Shown piece by piece: positions 31,190-40,032 of a DNA stretch of 40,580 nt. Position numbers and translations under genes: made by a program. Location of the stretch: positions 1-40,580 of the forward strand of contig JAYEMU010000049.1 of assembly GCA_034718475.1 (NCBI GenBank). Direction: 5' to 3'. Position 1 is the first letter of the stretch; every line of letters begins with the position of its first letter. The notes under the pieces were generated by a model, which had not been told where the DNA came from, ran no database searches, and was given only the letters and a program-made list of their open reading frames with translations. Source of the DNA: Nanobdellota archaeon (lineage in GTDB: Archaea > Nanobdellota > Nanobdellia > SCGC-AAA011-G17 > GW2011-AR17).

Positions 31190-34100
31190 TTAAAGCGGCT
31201 TGCTAAACCTCCTTCTTTTAAAATAATACATTATTAACAAAATTGCAAATATCAAAGCTGATAATTCTAAAATAATTGCCTTCCAATTTTCAAATAAGAA
31301 ATTTTTAGCTTTAAAAACAACATCTCCAGGAGTTCTTTTTTTCTTTTCTTCAGCTATAAAATTTTTACAGCCTTCATTGGCCTGATGGACCAATTCAAGC
31401 CCTTGCTTATATTGTTTAAGGGCATACAATTGCTGCGCCTGATCCAATAATTCATTAAGCTCCACGCATTCAGGATTTTGTAAAAATAAATCTCTTGTGA
31501 ATTGTATTTGTTCTTTAAGCTGGGTCTTTAAAGCTGCATCTTTTTCCCTGACATCCACAACAATTTTTGCCTGCTCATGCAACTTCGGCGATTGCACATA
31601 TCCATCTAATAGAATAGTATATCTATCAGGAGTTAGAATCCCTGCAGTTATTTCCAATTCAATTGTTCTGCTCTCTCCAATATTTAACATGCTAAAATCA
31701 CTTTCACTCAAAACTAAAGCCAGCTCAGTTGCATTTGTCTGTGCTAAAAGTTCTATTATATTCAGATTTAGTTCTCCAGTATTATTCAAGACAACCGGAA
31801 CAAGTGTCTTCGCTAAAGGGCTTAATGTCAGGAAAGACGGGACAATAATTTCTAATGCTGGTTTCTTTATGATGGTCTGGGATGAACTTGACATTTGTGT
31901 TTGTGTAATAGTGATAGGTGCAGGCCTTGAAACCTCATCAATGATTAGATAAAATTCATTTGATTCACGGCTGTGGTTCCCATCATTGGCTACCACCACC
32001 AAAGGCACTTCACCAAAAAAATTAGGAAGGGGAGTAAAAGTCATATTATCTATATCCTCATCTACAGTAATAGTAATGTTGGATACATCTGGATCTTTGA
32101 TAATTATATCATCATAATAAGTTTTGGAATTAATCGACAACAAACCAAGACTCAAATCTTTCCTAAGGCTTGGATAGCTTATATTATAAGCAAAATTATA
32201 AGTTTGATCATTTGAAGAGACATAAACTAATGTATTATTTGTTTTATGTTTTACTTTTATCCAATAATCAGAATTTAATGTGATATTGAATGGATAAGTA
32301 GCATTTGTCTGTGTTGATGAACCCGCTGTAACATTCCTCCAATATGTTTTATTGTTCGAAGCATTCAGGAATATTTGCTGTCCATATAAGCAAGAGCCAA
32401 TAGATTGTATGCACAGGCCAGCACTGCCTGTAGTTAAAAACCTTAACTTAACCTTATATTCTGTTATGTCTGTATAGTTTTTACTTTTATAGATGGAATA
32501 GAATGCATCAGAATTATCCAATTGAACATATTTAAGATTATTGCTGATATTGACAATTCCCCAATCACCAGAATCATTCAACCAAGAATCCCCAACTGTA
32601 ATATTGCTCATGTTTGTAAATGTTTCCTTTAATGAATATTCAAACCACGAATAAGTCAGATTTTCATCATCAATATCATAAAAATAAGTACTCAAATTAA
32701 TGCCTCTGTCTTCATCTTGGTCCCAGCCGTCTGTAATGTTAGGTATATCCGAATACATAAAAGGCGGTGCATTCAAGTCAAAGATAGTTACATTCCAATA
32801 ATACCTAACTTCTAAATTATTAGAATCATTAAGAACCAAAGTAATGTTAATTTCACCAGCTTCATAAAAGCTAATATTATAATTCCAAGTTGAAGCATAT
32901 GCCACACCATTAGCAGCGCTCTTATTTAATGTACCATTTATATACCAATTGTAACTAAATATTTCAGATGGGGGATCAGCACAGGTAACCGTGAATTTTC
33001 CTATAGAGGTATTTTCAGTAGCATTGAAATGTTTAGGCGGTATATGGTTGCCTAAAATATCATGCAAAAAGATAGTGCAAGCCGGAGCAGTATCTGTATA
33101 TATCGAAAAATTGACTATTTGGGAATCAAACTGGTTTAAGGAATCATTGACAGAAATATTGACCCAATGTGTTCCTTCATCAAGTGCATTAGGAGTGAAA
33201 GAGATTTTGCCAGTTGTAAGATTTATTTCAAACAAAGATGTATTATCATGATATGTAATGTTATCATTTTCTTCATCTGTCGCAATAACTGTATAAGTAT
33301 ATGCTGCATTAACCGTAAGCTCTTGGGGTTCAATATAAGTTAAGTTTGGGGGATCATTTACACTTGAAATATTAAAATATATTACAATACTAACAACCTC
33401 ATAAGTGTTATCATAAACAGTTATATTAATTGAATAATTGCCCACATCATCTTGGACTGGGGTAAAGTTAACAATTGTTGTTGCTACATCATTTACAGTT
33501 GAAATATTGCTTTCATTTAATTGAAAAAAGGAATAGTTTGCCCTAAACCACAAATAAGATCCAGCATCTTTATCTGTAGCATTTATTATACAGCTAAAAG
33601 GCACATCTTCAGTAGCATTTCTTTCATTATCGCAAACATATTCAAGAACTGGGGGAAAAGCAGCATCAGTTATATTTATAACAAAAACTTGCGAATCCAT
33701 TAAACCTGAAGTATCATTAACAGTTATATTTATGCGGTAAGTTCCATTAGATGTTGCCCCCGGTGTAAAGCAGACTACACCAGTTACAGGATTGATATTA
33801 AATAATGAAGAATTGTCTGAAAAACGCAAATATTCAGAAGTTCCGGGTATGGCCAAATCCTCATCATCAGCAGTGACAGTAAAAGTTAATTCTTGGCCCT
33901 CATTTGTCGAATAATTTAAGATAAAATCCAAAATAGGAGTATCATTTACATTATAAATTGTAAAATTGAGGTTAAAGTAATTAACAGCACCTTTTGAATC
34001 AGTAATATTTATTTTCACCCAATTTTCACCGACATAGCTATCATTCGCAGTAAAGTTAAGGATGCCTGTTGTTTCATTAATATTAAACAATGTTGTATTA

Positions 34101-36379
34101 TCTGTAAACGTAAAACTATCCCCATCTGCATCTGAAGTATTTTTGGACATGTTCAATATAAACTCATCGCCATCTGTAATATTAAAATTAAATAAGCCAG
34201 TATACAAGGGCAAGGCATTTGCAAAAACTGTGAAATTCAAAACTGTGGAATTAACATTTAAAGATGAATCATTCACAGAAATATTGACCCAATGGGTTCC
34301 AACCACTGTAGCATTTGGAGTAAAAATAATCATTCCATTATTAAAATTTATATCAAACAATGAAGTATTATCATAATAATATAAAGTCTCACCAAACTGT
34401 GTATATACATCATCATCAGTTGCACTCATATTCAAAGTGAATGTTGCATTAACATAAGCTGAAAAATTATCTGAAAAATTATTAAACTTTGGGAGATCCT
34501 CAACATTAGTTACTGAAAAATTAATTAACACAGAATCTTTTAAGCCTCCGCTATCTGTTACAGTAATATTTATCCAATGGGCATAAACTGAGTTATCCTG
34601 GGGTATAAAATTAACTAAGCAACTAGTATTGCCATTAGAAACTGAAACGCCTGCACAGCTAAAATTGAACCATGAATAATTGGCTGAATAAGTATGGGTA
34701 TCACCAACATCAATATCAGAAGTATTTAGATGGCATGAAAAGAACACATCTTCTGCCTGCTCCAATTCATTATCGCAAGCATAAAATAAATTTGGCGGAT
34801 CATTTTGTTGGTTTACAGTTAAAACCAAATTAGAGGATGTTGTTGCATTGGGATCATTTGAATCTGTTACATTTATCTCAATAACATGGACTCCAACTTC
34901 TGCATTTGTTGGAAGAAAGCTTATGGAACCATTGGTATCATTTATGTCAAATAAAGTGGAATTATCACCAAAAAACAATAAGCCAAACCCAGTGCCTGAA
35001 CCTGAGCTGATACTCCCATTTTCCTCATCATTTGCATTGACATAAAAACTGCATAAAGAATCTTCTGTACAGGTTGGTGTTAAAGAGGAGGTAATAGTGG
35101 GATAATCATTAACAGCAGAAATTTCATAAGGCACTTTAACTGAAGAAGAGGTTAATGCTCCGCCATCTGTTACAGTTGCAGTAAAATAATGGCTGCCTGC
35201 CAAGCTTGAAGAAGTGCATTCTACAGTTACTTCCCCTGTAGTTGAATCAATAGACAAACAATCATTGAATTCTGTTGAAGAAGCATTGAATATTGCAAAA
35301 TTACTTAATGGCAAATCATTAGAATCATCATCTGAAAAGTTTGCACTTAAATTATAAAGGCAGGCAGAATCTTCAATGCAAGATTGGGACGGCGCTGTAG
35401 AACCTGAACCTAATAATTGATAAGGAGCAGTATTGCTTATTACAAAAGAATCTGTTAAATTCAAGGTTTCGTGAGTGCTGTTTGTACAATTGACTTCAAA
35501 AGTAAAAGTGCCCCACCTATCAAAAGAGGTATTAAATTCATATAGCTTTGTAGTGGCACTATAGTTCATTTGTGAAAATGGAGTATAAGAGCCAGTATAA
35601 TCAAAACGGATTGAACAATTGCCTATTATAGGCCCAAAAGAAGTATTTGAATAATTCGCATAAAAATTAACAACATAACTTCCAACACCCTTGTAGGGAA
35701 CCCCTTCCTTATTTTGCGTCCTGTTACTATACTTTGAACCTGAATCAGTATCATCCCAAATTGAAATATTTGTGTATGCGCCTGCCCCATAAGCACTAAA
35801 ATGATCAACATTAAAACTAACTGTATTTTCATTATCCTCAAAAGGAATATCTGTTTTTACCCAATCTTCACAAGTTTTAGTTAATGCATCATAATTGGCA
35901 CAATAAAAAATAGCATCAATTGGTCCTTTCTTTTCTAGAATAATATTTGCAATTTTTATATTTAAATTGTCTACAAAAACAACATCTGATTTAATAATCT
36001 TCTCTTGAGGTTTATTCACTTCCAAATTTATCTTTAAAGGTGGATCTTCAATCCCAGAAATATGTACAAAATTATTTCCATCTACAATGTTCAGTTTATA
36101 AGAATCACCATCTTTAAAAAGGACCCTTCCAAGATTATTTATAACTCCATTTTTTTGTAGCGTAACAACACTTGCTCCAGTCATTGAATATTCTCTGAAT
36201 GCCCCACAAAATAAAATAAAAGCAATTAAGAAAAATACTAATATCTTCCAAGTTTGAGGCTTATCCTTTGCTTGACCTAAATAGACATTTCTTACCTTGC
36301 CGTCATTATCTCTTACAGACTTATAAAGATAAGGCCCATAAACTTTATCTCCCCTTTTAATATATCTTTTATGTACCAT
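31190..36379 (-). CDS. Giant (1729 aa) N-glycosylation-sequon-rich surface protein with tandem cadherin-like (CADG-type) repeats and a ConA/LamG-like domain, bounded by an N-terminal signal-anchor and a C-terminal TM helix
   Basis: The N-terminus 'KRGDKVYGPYLYKSVRDNDGKVRNVYLG' is followed by TM 'ILVFFLIAFILFCGAF'. At least 8 repeats fit the pattern 'F.DN[ST]SLF.IN..TG.I.F.P......G.H.VNI.V.D[ST]'. A LamG-like block lies at about nt 32100-32600 ('GDWGIVN...YVQLDN......YYDDIIIKD'). The C-terminal TM 'IILELSALIFAILLIMYYF' is followed by 'KRRR'. Confidence 0.75.
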   Translation of the reverse strand: MVHKRYIKRGDKVYGPYLYKSVRDNDGKVRNVYLGQAKDKPQTWKILVFFLIAFILFCGAFREYSMTGASVVTLQKNGVINNLGRVLFKDGDSYKLNIVDGNNFVHISGIEDPPLKINLEVNKPQEKIIKSDVVFVDNLNIKIANIILEKKGPIDAIFYCANYDALTKTCEDWVKTDIPFEDNENTVSFNVDHFSAYGAGAYTNISIWDDTDSGSKYSNRTQNKEGVPYKGVGSYVVNFYANYSNTSFGPIIGNCSIRFDYTGSYTPFSQMNYSATTKLYEFNTSFDRWGTFTFEVNCTNSTHETLNLTDSFVISNTAPYQLLGSGSTAPSQSCIEDSACLYNLSANFSDDDSNDLPLSNFAIFNASSTEFNDCLSIDSTTGEVTVECTSSSLAGSHYFTATVTDGGALTSSSVKVPYEISAVNDYPTITSSLTPTCTEDSLCSFYVNANDEENGSISSGSGTGFGLLFFGDNSTLFDINDTNGSISFLPTNAEVGVHVIEINVTDSNDPNATTSSNLVLTVNQQNDPPNLFYACDNELEQAEDVFFSCHLNTSDIDVGDTHTYSANYSWFNFSCAGVSVSNGNTSCLVNFIPQDNSVYAHWINITVTDSGGLKDSVLINFSVTNVEDLPKFNNFSDNFSAYVNATFTLNMSATDDDVYTQFGETLYYYDNTSLFDINFNNGMIIFTPNATVVGTHWVNISVNDSSLNVNSTVLNFTVFANALPLYTGLFNFNITDGDEFILNMSKNTSDADGDSFTFTDNTTLFNINETTGILNFTANDSYVGENWVKINITDSKGAVNYFNLNFTIYNVNDTPILDFILNYSTNEGQELTFTVTADDEDLAIPGTSEYLRFSDNSSLFNINPVTGVVCFTPGATSNGTYRINITVNDTSGLMDSQVFVINITDAAFPPVLEYVCDNERNATEDVPFSCIINATDKDAGSYLWFRANYSFFQLNESNISTVNDVATTIVNFTPVQDDVGNYSINITVYDNTYEVVSIVIYFNISSVNDPPNLTYIEPQELTVNAAYTYTVIATDEENDNITYHDNTSLFEINLTTGKISFTPNALDEGTHWVNISVNDSLNQFDSQIVNFSIYTDTAPACTIFLHDILGNHIPPKHFNATENTSIGKFTVTCADPPSEIFSYNWYINGTLNKSAANGVAYASTWNYNISFYEAGEINITLVLNDSNNLEVRYYWNVTIFDLNAPPFMYSDIPNITDGWDQDEDRGINLSTYFYDIDDENLTYSWFEYSLKETFTNMSNITVGDSWLNDSGDWGIVNISNNLKYVQLDNSDAFYSIYKSKNYTDITEYKVKLRFLTTGSAGLCIQSIGSCLYGQQIFLNASNNKTYWRNVTAGSSTQTNATYPFNITLNSDYWIKVKHKTNNTLVYVSSNDQTYNFAYNISYPSLRKDLSLGLLSINSKTYYDDIIIKDPDVSNITITVDEDIDNMTFTPLPNFFGEVPLVVVANDGNHSRESNEFYLIIDEVSRPAPITITQTQMSSSSQTIIKKPALEIIVPSFLTLSPLAKTLVPVVLNNTGELNLNIIELLAQTNATELALVLSESDFSMLNIGESRTIELEITAGILTPDRYTILLDGYVQSPKLHEQAKIVVDVREKDAALKTQLKEQIQFTRDLFLQNPECVELNELLDQAQQLYALKQYKQGLELVHQANEGCKNFIAEEKKKRTPGDVVFKAKNFLFENWKAIILELSALIFAILLIMYYFKRRRFSKPL
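32770..35400 (-). repeat. Tandem array of diverged ~105-125-codon cadherin-like repeat units inside the giant gene
   Basis: Repeat-unit DNA is still recognisable. The segment starting at 33144 ('tcattgacagaaatattgacccaatg...') matches the one at 34269 ('tcattcacagaaatattgacccaatg...') over roughly 110 nt. The antisense shadow ORFs at 32991-33251 and 34062-34376 end in near-identical peptides for the same reason. Confidence 0.7.
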
Positions 36380-36428
36380 TCATACCCCTTTTAAATGTAG
36401 TACAACTTATTAATTTAGAAGAAAAGAG

Positions 36429-36441
36429 GTTATATAAAACT
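36429..36441 (-). promoter_or_regulatory. Internal TATA promoter plus Shine-Dalgarno leader for the giant gene
   Basis: The minus strand reads 'gttttatataacc' about 50 nt upstream of ATG 36379, and 'aaaggggt' lies 5-7 nt before the ATG. Confidence 0.35.
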
Positions 36442-36447
36442 TTCTGC

Positions 36448-38415
36448 TTAAAATTTGATTTTTTTCTTAATATCCCCTGGCAGCCCAAGGTATATTTCTT
36501 TTGCTTTATTATAAAGTTTCTTGGCTTTAACTACATTCCCTCTTTTCATTAAAGATTTTGATCTGGCTAAAAGGCTTTTGATTTTATAAATCCTAAAAGG
36601 TATTTTTATATTGGTAATTAAGGCAAATGCCCCCTGTAAATGTATATGCCTCCCAAATCTGATTAATGAAAGGATGACCAAGGAAATAATAAACCAAAAA
36701 AGCCAATATTTATTTAATTTAACAAAACCTTCTTTACTAAAAACCAGTTTAGAAATTTTTGCAGGCTCTCTCACTTCCTTGCATGCAAAGCAAGGTCCGC
36801 CACAATCAATCCCTTTTTCACCTTGATTTTGGACCAGATCATCACATGTAGGGCAGGGTTTGCATATGCCCCCGCAATCAACCAATACTTCATTTTGATT
36901 CTGAACACCGTCAAAACAGCTTGGTATGGCTACATATTTGCATGATTGTGATTCCTCAGGCTTATTCCTCAAAGTGCCGCATTTATGAAGATCTTCACAT
37001 TCTCGAGTTTGTATTCCCATTGGAGAACATATGCTCCAATCAGAACATATCCATAATTCAATACATCTAATAGTAATTACGCCTGGCGAAGATGCTATCC
37101 CTGAAAGTTTTGGAGCAGGTATTGTAGGTACAGGCGGCGCAGTCAAGGTAACTATCCATGATTCAGCATCATCCAAAGCACCATCAGTAATTCTAACTGT
37201 AAGATTATGCTCCCCTAAGGCATAGGCTTGAGTTGACCATGTAAAATTATCAGATGTAAGATTCATATCCACATCATCAATAAGCCATTTTGTTGAAGGG
37301 ATTGTACCATCAACATCTTCCTTGGTAATATTAAACTCCTTAGATAATCCCTTTTGCAAACTAAACTGCTTAGTTATTGGATAATAAGAGGTTATATTTG
37401 GGGCATGATTAAAATATGTAACTGTAAAGCTTATGACTTCTGAATCTAATGTGCCATTTGTATCATTAACAGTAATATTTATGCTATATGTGCCATTCCA
37501 CAAGTCAAAATCAGTAAAATTAAGGGTTAAATTCATTTGAACATAATTATTCACTGTAGCATTCGGTCCAGACATGTTAAAGAACCAAGAAGTATTTGAA
37601 GCAAATGTTAAATTCTCATTTGCATCTACATCATAAGCAGAGATATTAAGCTTAAAAGTATGATTAACATAAGCAGTTTGGGCCCCTATTGTTTCTAAAA
37701 CTGGCGCATCATTAACATTTCTTATCTGAAAAATAATATCCTGATCATCAATATATTGCCTGTCAGAAACAGTTATTTTAACTGAATGATTGCCAACATC
37801 ATTATTATTTGGAATAAAAGCAATGATTCCTGTATTTAAGCCAATATTAAATAAAGAGGTATTATCATAAAATAACAAAGGGTCGCCATCTGGATCTGAA
37901 GCATTATTTGAAACATCAAATATGAATAAGACATCTTCAACAAGATTTGTAAAATTCGAACTTAGATTTAGAATTGGTGCATAATTCGACCTGTTTATCG
38001 TCAAATTAAATAGCATGTAATCATCATATTCATTGCATTGAAGATTGCTGACTGTAATATTTATCACATAAGCAGCCACATCACCTAATACTGGCATAAA
38101 GCTAATTTTACCAGTTGATTCATTAATAGCAAACAAATCAGAATCATCTGTATAATTCAATACACTATATGATGCATCATTAGTGACATTTATATCAACA
38201 TTATAAACTATACCCACATATGCCTTTTGATCAGATAATTGCACCAATTCTATCCATTGGTCAAGGCATAATTCAATATTTCCAGTAGGCTTGCCAGTCA
38301 ACTTTTCAAAAGTGGTTCCAGAGGGTTCCAAGAAAATAAATGAGAAAATAACTAGGGTATACAAATTAATTAAAATTATCAATCCTATAAGCCAAAGTTT
38401 TTTATTTATTTTCAT
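36448..38415 (-). CDS. 655-aa surface protein, a paralogue of the giant protein: cadherin-like repeats, a Cys-rich module, a TM helix and a short basic cytoplasmic tail
   Basis: N-terminal TM/signal 'LWLIGLIILINLYTLVIFSFIF'. Repeats include 'YTDDSDLFAINESTGKISFMP...YVINITVSN' and 'FYDNTSLFNIGLNTGIIAFIPNNNDVGNHSVKITVSD'. Cys-rich module 'CFDGVQNQNEVLVDCGGICKPC' and 'CDDLVQNQGEKGIDCGGPCFAC'. TM 'YWLFWFIISLVILSLI'. Confidence 0.7.
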   Translation of the reverse strand: MKINKKLWLIGLIILINLYTLVIFSFIFLEPSGTTFEKLTGKPTGNIELCLDQWIELVQLSDQKAYVGIVYNVDINVTNDASYSVLNYTDDSDLFAINESTGKISFMPVLGDVAAYVINITVSNLQCNEYDDYMLFNLTINRSNYAPILNLSSNFTNLVEDVLFIFDVSNNASDPDGDPLLFYDNTSLFNIGLNTGIIAFIPNNNDVGNHSVKITVSDRQYIDDQDIIFQIRNVNDAPVLETIGAQTAYVNHTFKLNISAYDVDANENLTFASNTSWFFNMSGPNATVNNYVQMNLTLNFTDFDLWNGTYSINITVNDTNGTLDSEVISFTVTYFNHAPNITSYYPITKQFSLQKGLSKEFNITKEDVDGTIPSTKWLIDDVDMNLTSDNFTWSTQAYALGEHNLTVRITDGALDDAESWIVTLTAPPVPTIPAPKLSGIASSPGVITIRCIELWICSDWSICSPMGIQTRECEDLHKCGTLRNKPEESQSCKYVAIPSCFDGVQNQNEVLVDCGGICKPCPTCDDLVQNQGEKGIDCGGPCFACKEVREPAKISKLVFSKEGFVKLNKYWLFWFIISLVILSLIRFGRHIHLQGAFALITNIKIPFRIYKIKSLLARSKSLMKRGNVVKAKKLYNKAKEIYLGLPGDIKKKIKF

Positions 38416-38417
38416 TA

Positions 38418-38831
38418 TTATTCTCTTTTTAAAACTACTTTCAATTTCCCAGTATAATTGCCATAAGCCATATCTTTAGGCACTCCTGCCGAAATACTAA
38501 CTTCCTTTTTTTCTAAAGGTGCTAAAACAAAATTATTAGCAGATAAGGAAACATAATTAGCCAAAATTCCTGATGTGGACATCTTAACAACAATAGGGAA
38601 ATCGTAATCATTTGTTAAATAAAATATTCTCGAAGAGCCTCCCCCTGGCTGCACTCTCCCAAAGCGAATCATATCCACTCCAACATCAATCCCAATTTTA
38701 TTGCCAACTAAAAGCATCATTGGAAATTCTTCAATATCTAATATTGTATAAAAAAAGTAAGCATGGGATATTACAGCCAAAGTTAAAAAGAAGACTATAA
38801 CCAATATCAAAATGGTTTTATTTTTTTTCAT
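38418..38831 (-). CDS. Small membrane-anchored beta-sandwich-like protein (137 aa), hypothetical
   Basis: N-terminal TM 'ILILVIVFFLTLAVI', then the pattern 'G..SRIFYLTND.DFPIVV......F.LAPLEKKEVSISAGVP.....G.YTGKLKV'. This resembles single-domain Ig/CARDB-like folds. Only 2 nt separate it from the next gene. Confidence 0.45.
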   Translation of the reverse strand: MKKNKTILILVIVFFLTLAVISHAYFFYTILDIEEFPMMLLVGNKIGIDVGVDMIRFGRVQPGGGSSRIFYLTNDYDFPIVVKMSTSGILANYVSLSANNFVLAPLEKKEVSISAGVPKDMAYGNYTGKLKVVLKRE

Positions 38832-39987
38832 CTTTCTTTTCCCTCTTTTTATAAAATATTACAATCAAATCTATTGCTACTAGCAATGCAATTATAACAA
38901 TTAATGTAATTGGGCTTAAAATTATTTTTTTGGCAGTGTTCAAAAATGTATTAAAGTTTGACTTTGTAGCATCCAATAAATAATAGTCCCATATAGCTGA
39001 AGACTTTTTGCCTTCATAATTAATAGTAATGTTGGCATGATATTTTCCACCGCTATATTCTTTAGCATTCCAAAACCCTTCCAAAATCGTTTCTTCCCAA
39101 GGTTTTAAATCAACACTAACACTTTTAAATTCTCCAGCATCAACACCGGAATCATTTGTCATTTTTATTTCAGCAAAAACATTAGTTATCTTATCCCCCC
39201 ACCAGCTTTGCACTTTCACATCAAAAGGATTTATTTCATTAACTGAACCATTTTTAGATGCCTCGATAAACTTTACTAATTTTTTCCCAACTAAAAATTT
39301 TGTTTCAGCTATAGCTGGTTTGTCCCCGCCATAATCAAATTCTATATAAGCTTTATATTCTGCAGAGTCTATATCAGAAGTCCCCCACAAACTAAAAAAT
39401 TCTTTATTCTGAAATGGCACTATTGAATCAGTATTTGTAAATATTATATCAATCAATTTCTCATTAACATCTAAAATTTGAATAGGCAGCCTTACATTAA
39501 TTAGCTCTTCATCCCCTTTGTTGATTACTGATGCCTTGAACAATATAGGCTCTCCTTTGTTTACATTGTCAGCTAATAAATTAATTTCTGCATACTTCCC
39601 AGGGTAGGGCACATTAATAAATATTTGGCCACCTACAGAAGTTTTTGTACCAATCCCATAATGTGCATTTTCAGTCTTTTCAAGAAACTTTATTCCACAT
39701 TTATTTATGCCTGGATTGTCCATTTTCTCTGGAAATGTTAAAGTAACATAAGCAATATGAAACTCTTCTTGAGCCTCAATTGCATTAACCTTTATTATGT
39801 CTGGACAACTCACTTCAGCCTCAATGTTGGAATAGCCATAAAGTTTGAAAGTGAAATCATATTCTGAATTAGGATAAAAATTGAATACTTTTTTTGCAGG
39901 GCTGATTCCAGTAGCAAAAACTAGATTTAAAGAAAATGAAAAAATAATTATAATAATAAAAAATTTTGCAATATTATTTTTATTCAT
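38818..39987 (-). CDS. Secreted protein (389 aa) with CARDB/S-layer-like beta-sandwich domains and a C-terminal TM anchor
   Basis: Sec signal 'FIIIIIFSFSLNLVFA'. CARDB-like 'EINLLADNVNKGEPILFKASVINKGDEELINVRLPIQI'. C-terminal TM 'ITLIVIIALLVAIDLIVIF' plus 'YKKREKKDEKK'. SD 'gggaga' precedes the ATG. Confidence 0.5.
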   Translation of the reverse strand: MNKNNIAKFFIIIIIFSFSLNLVFATGISPAKKVFNFYPNSEYDFTFKLYGYSNIEAEVSCPDIIKVNAIEAQEEFHIAYVTLTFPEKMDNPGINKCGIKFLEKTENAHYGIGTKTSVGGQIFINVPYPGKYAEINLLADNVNKGEPILFKASVINKGDEELINVRLPIQILDVNEKLIDIIFTNTDSIVPFQNKEFFSLWGTSDIDSAEYKAYIEFDYGGDKPAIAETKFLVGKKLVKFIEASKNGSVNEINPFDVKVQSWWGDKITNVFAEIKMTNDSGVDAGEFKSVSVDLKPWEETILEGFWNAKEYSGGKYHANITINYEGKKSSAIWDYYLLDATKSNFNTFLNTAKKIILSPITLIVIIALLVAIDLIVIFYKKREKKDEKK

Positions 39988-40032
39988 CTTAATCTCCCAA
40001 CTAAGCCACCATTATCTCTCAAGAGATAATAT

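Noticed and set aside
31497-35841. Seven short ORFs within the giant adhesin gene (31497-31952, 31973-32215, 32991-33251, 33521-33703, 34062-34376, 34848-35045 on the plus strand; 35626-35841 out of frame on the minus strand). Two of them have strikingly similar C-terminal peptides.
   Set aside because: The similarity between 32991-33251 and 34062-34376 is a by-product of the repeated cadherin-like units in the real gene on the other strand. None has independent coding evidence.
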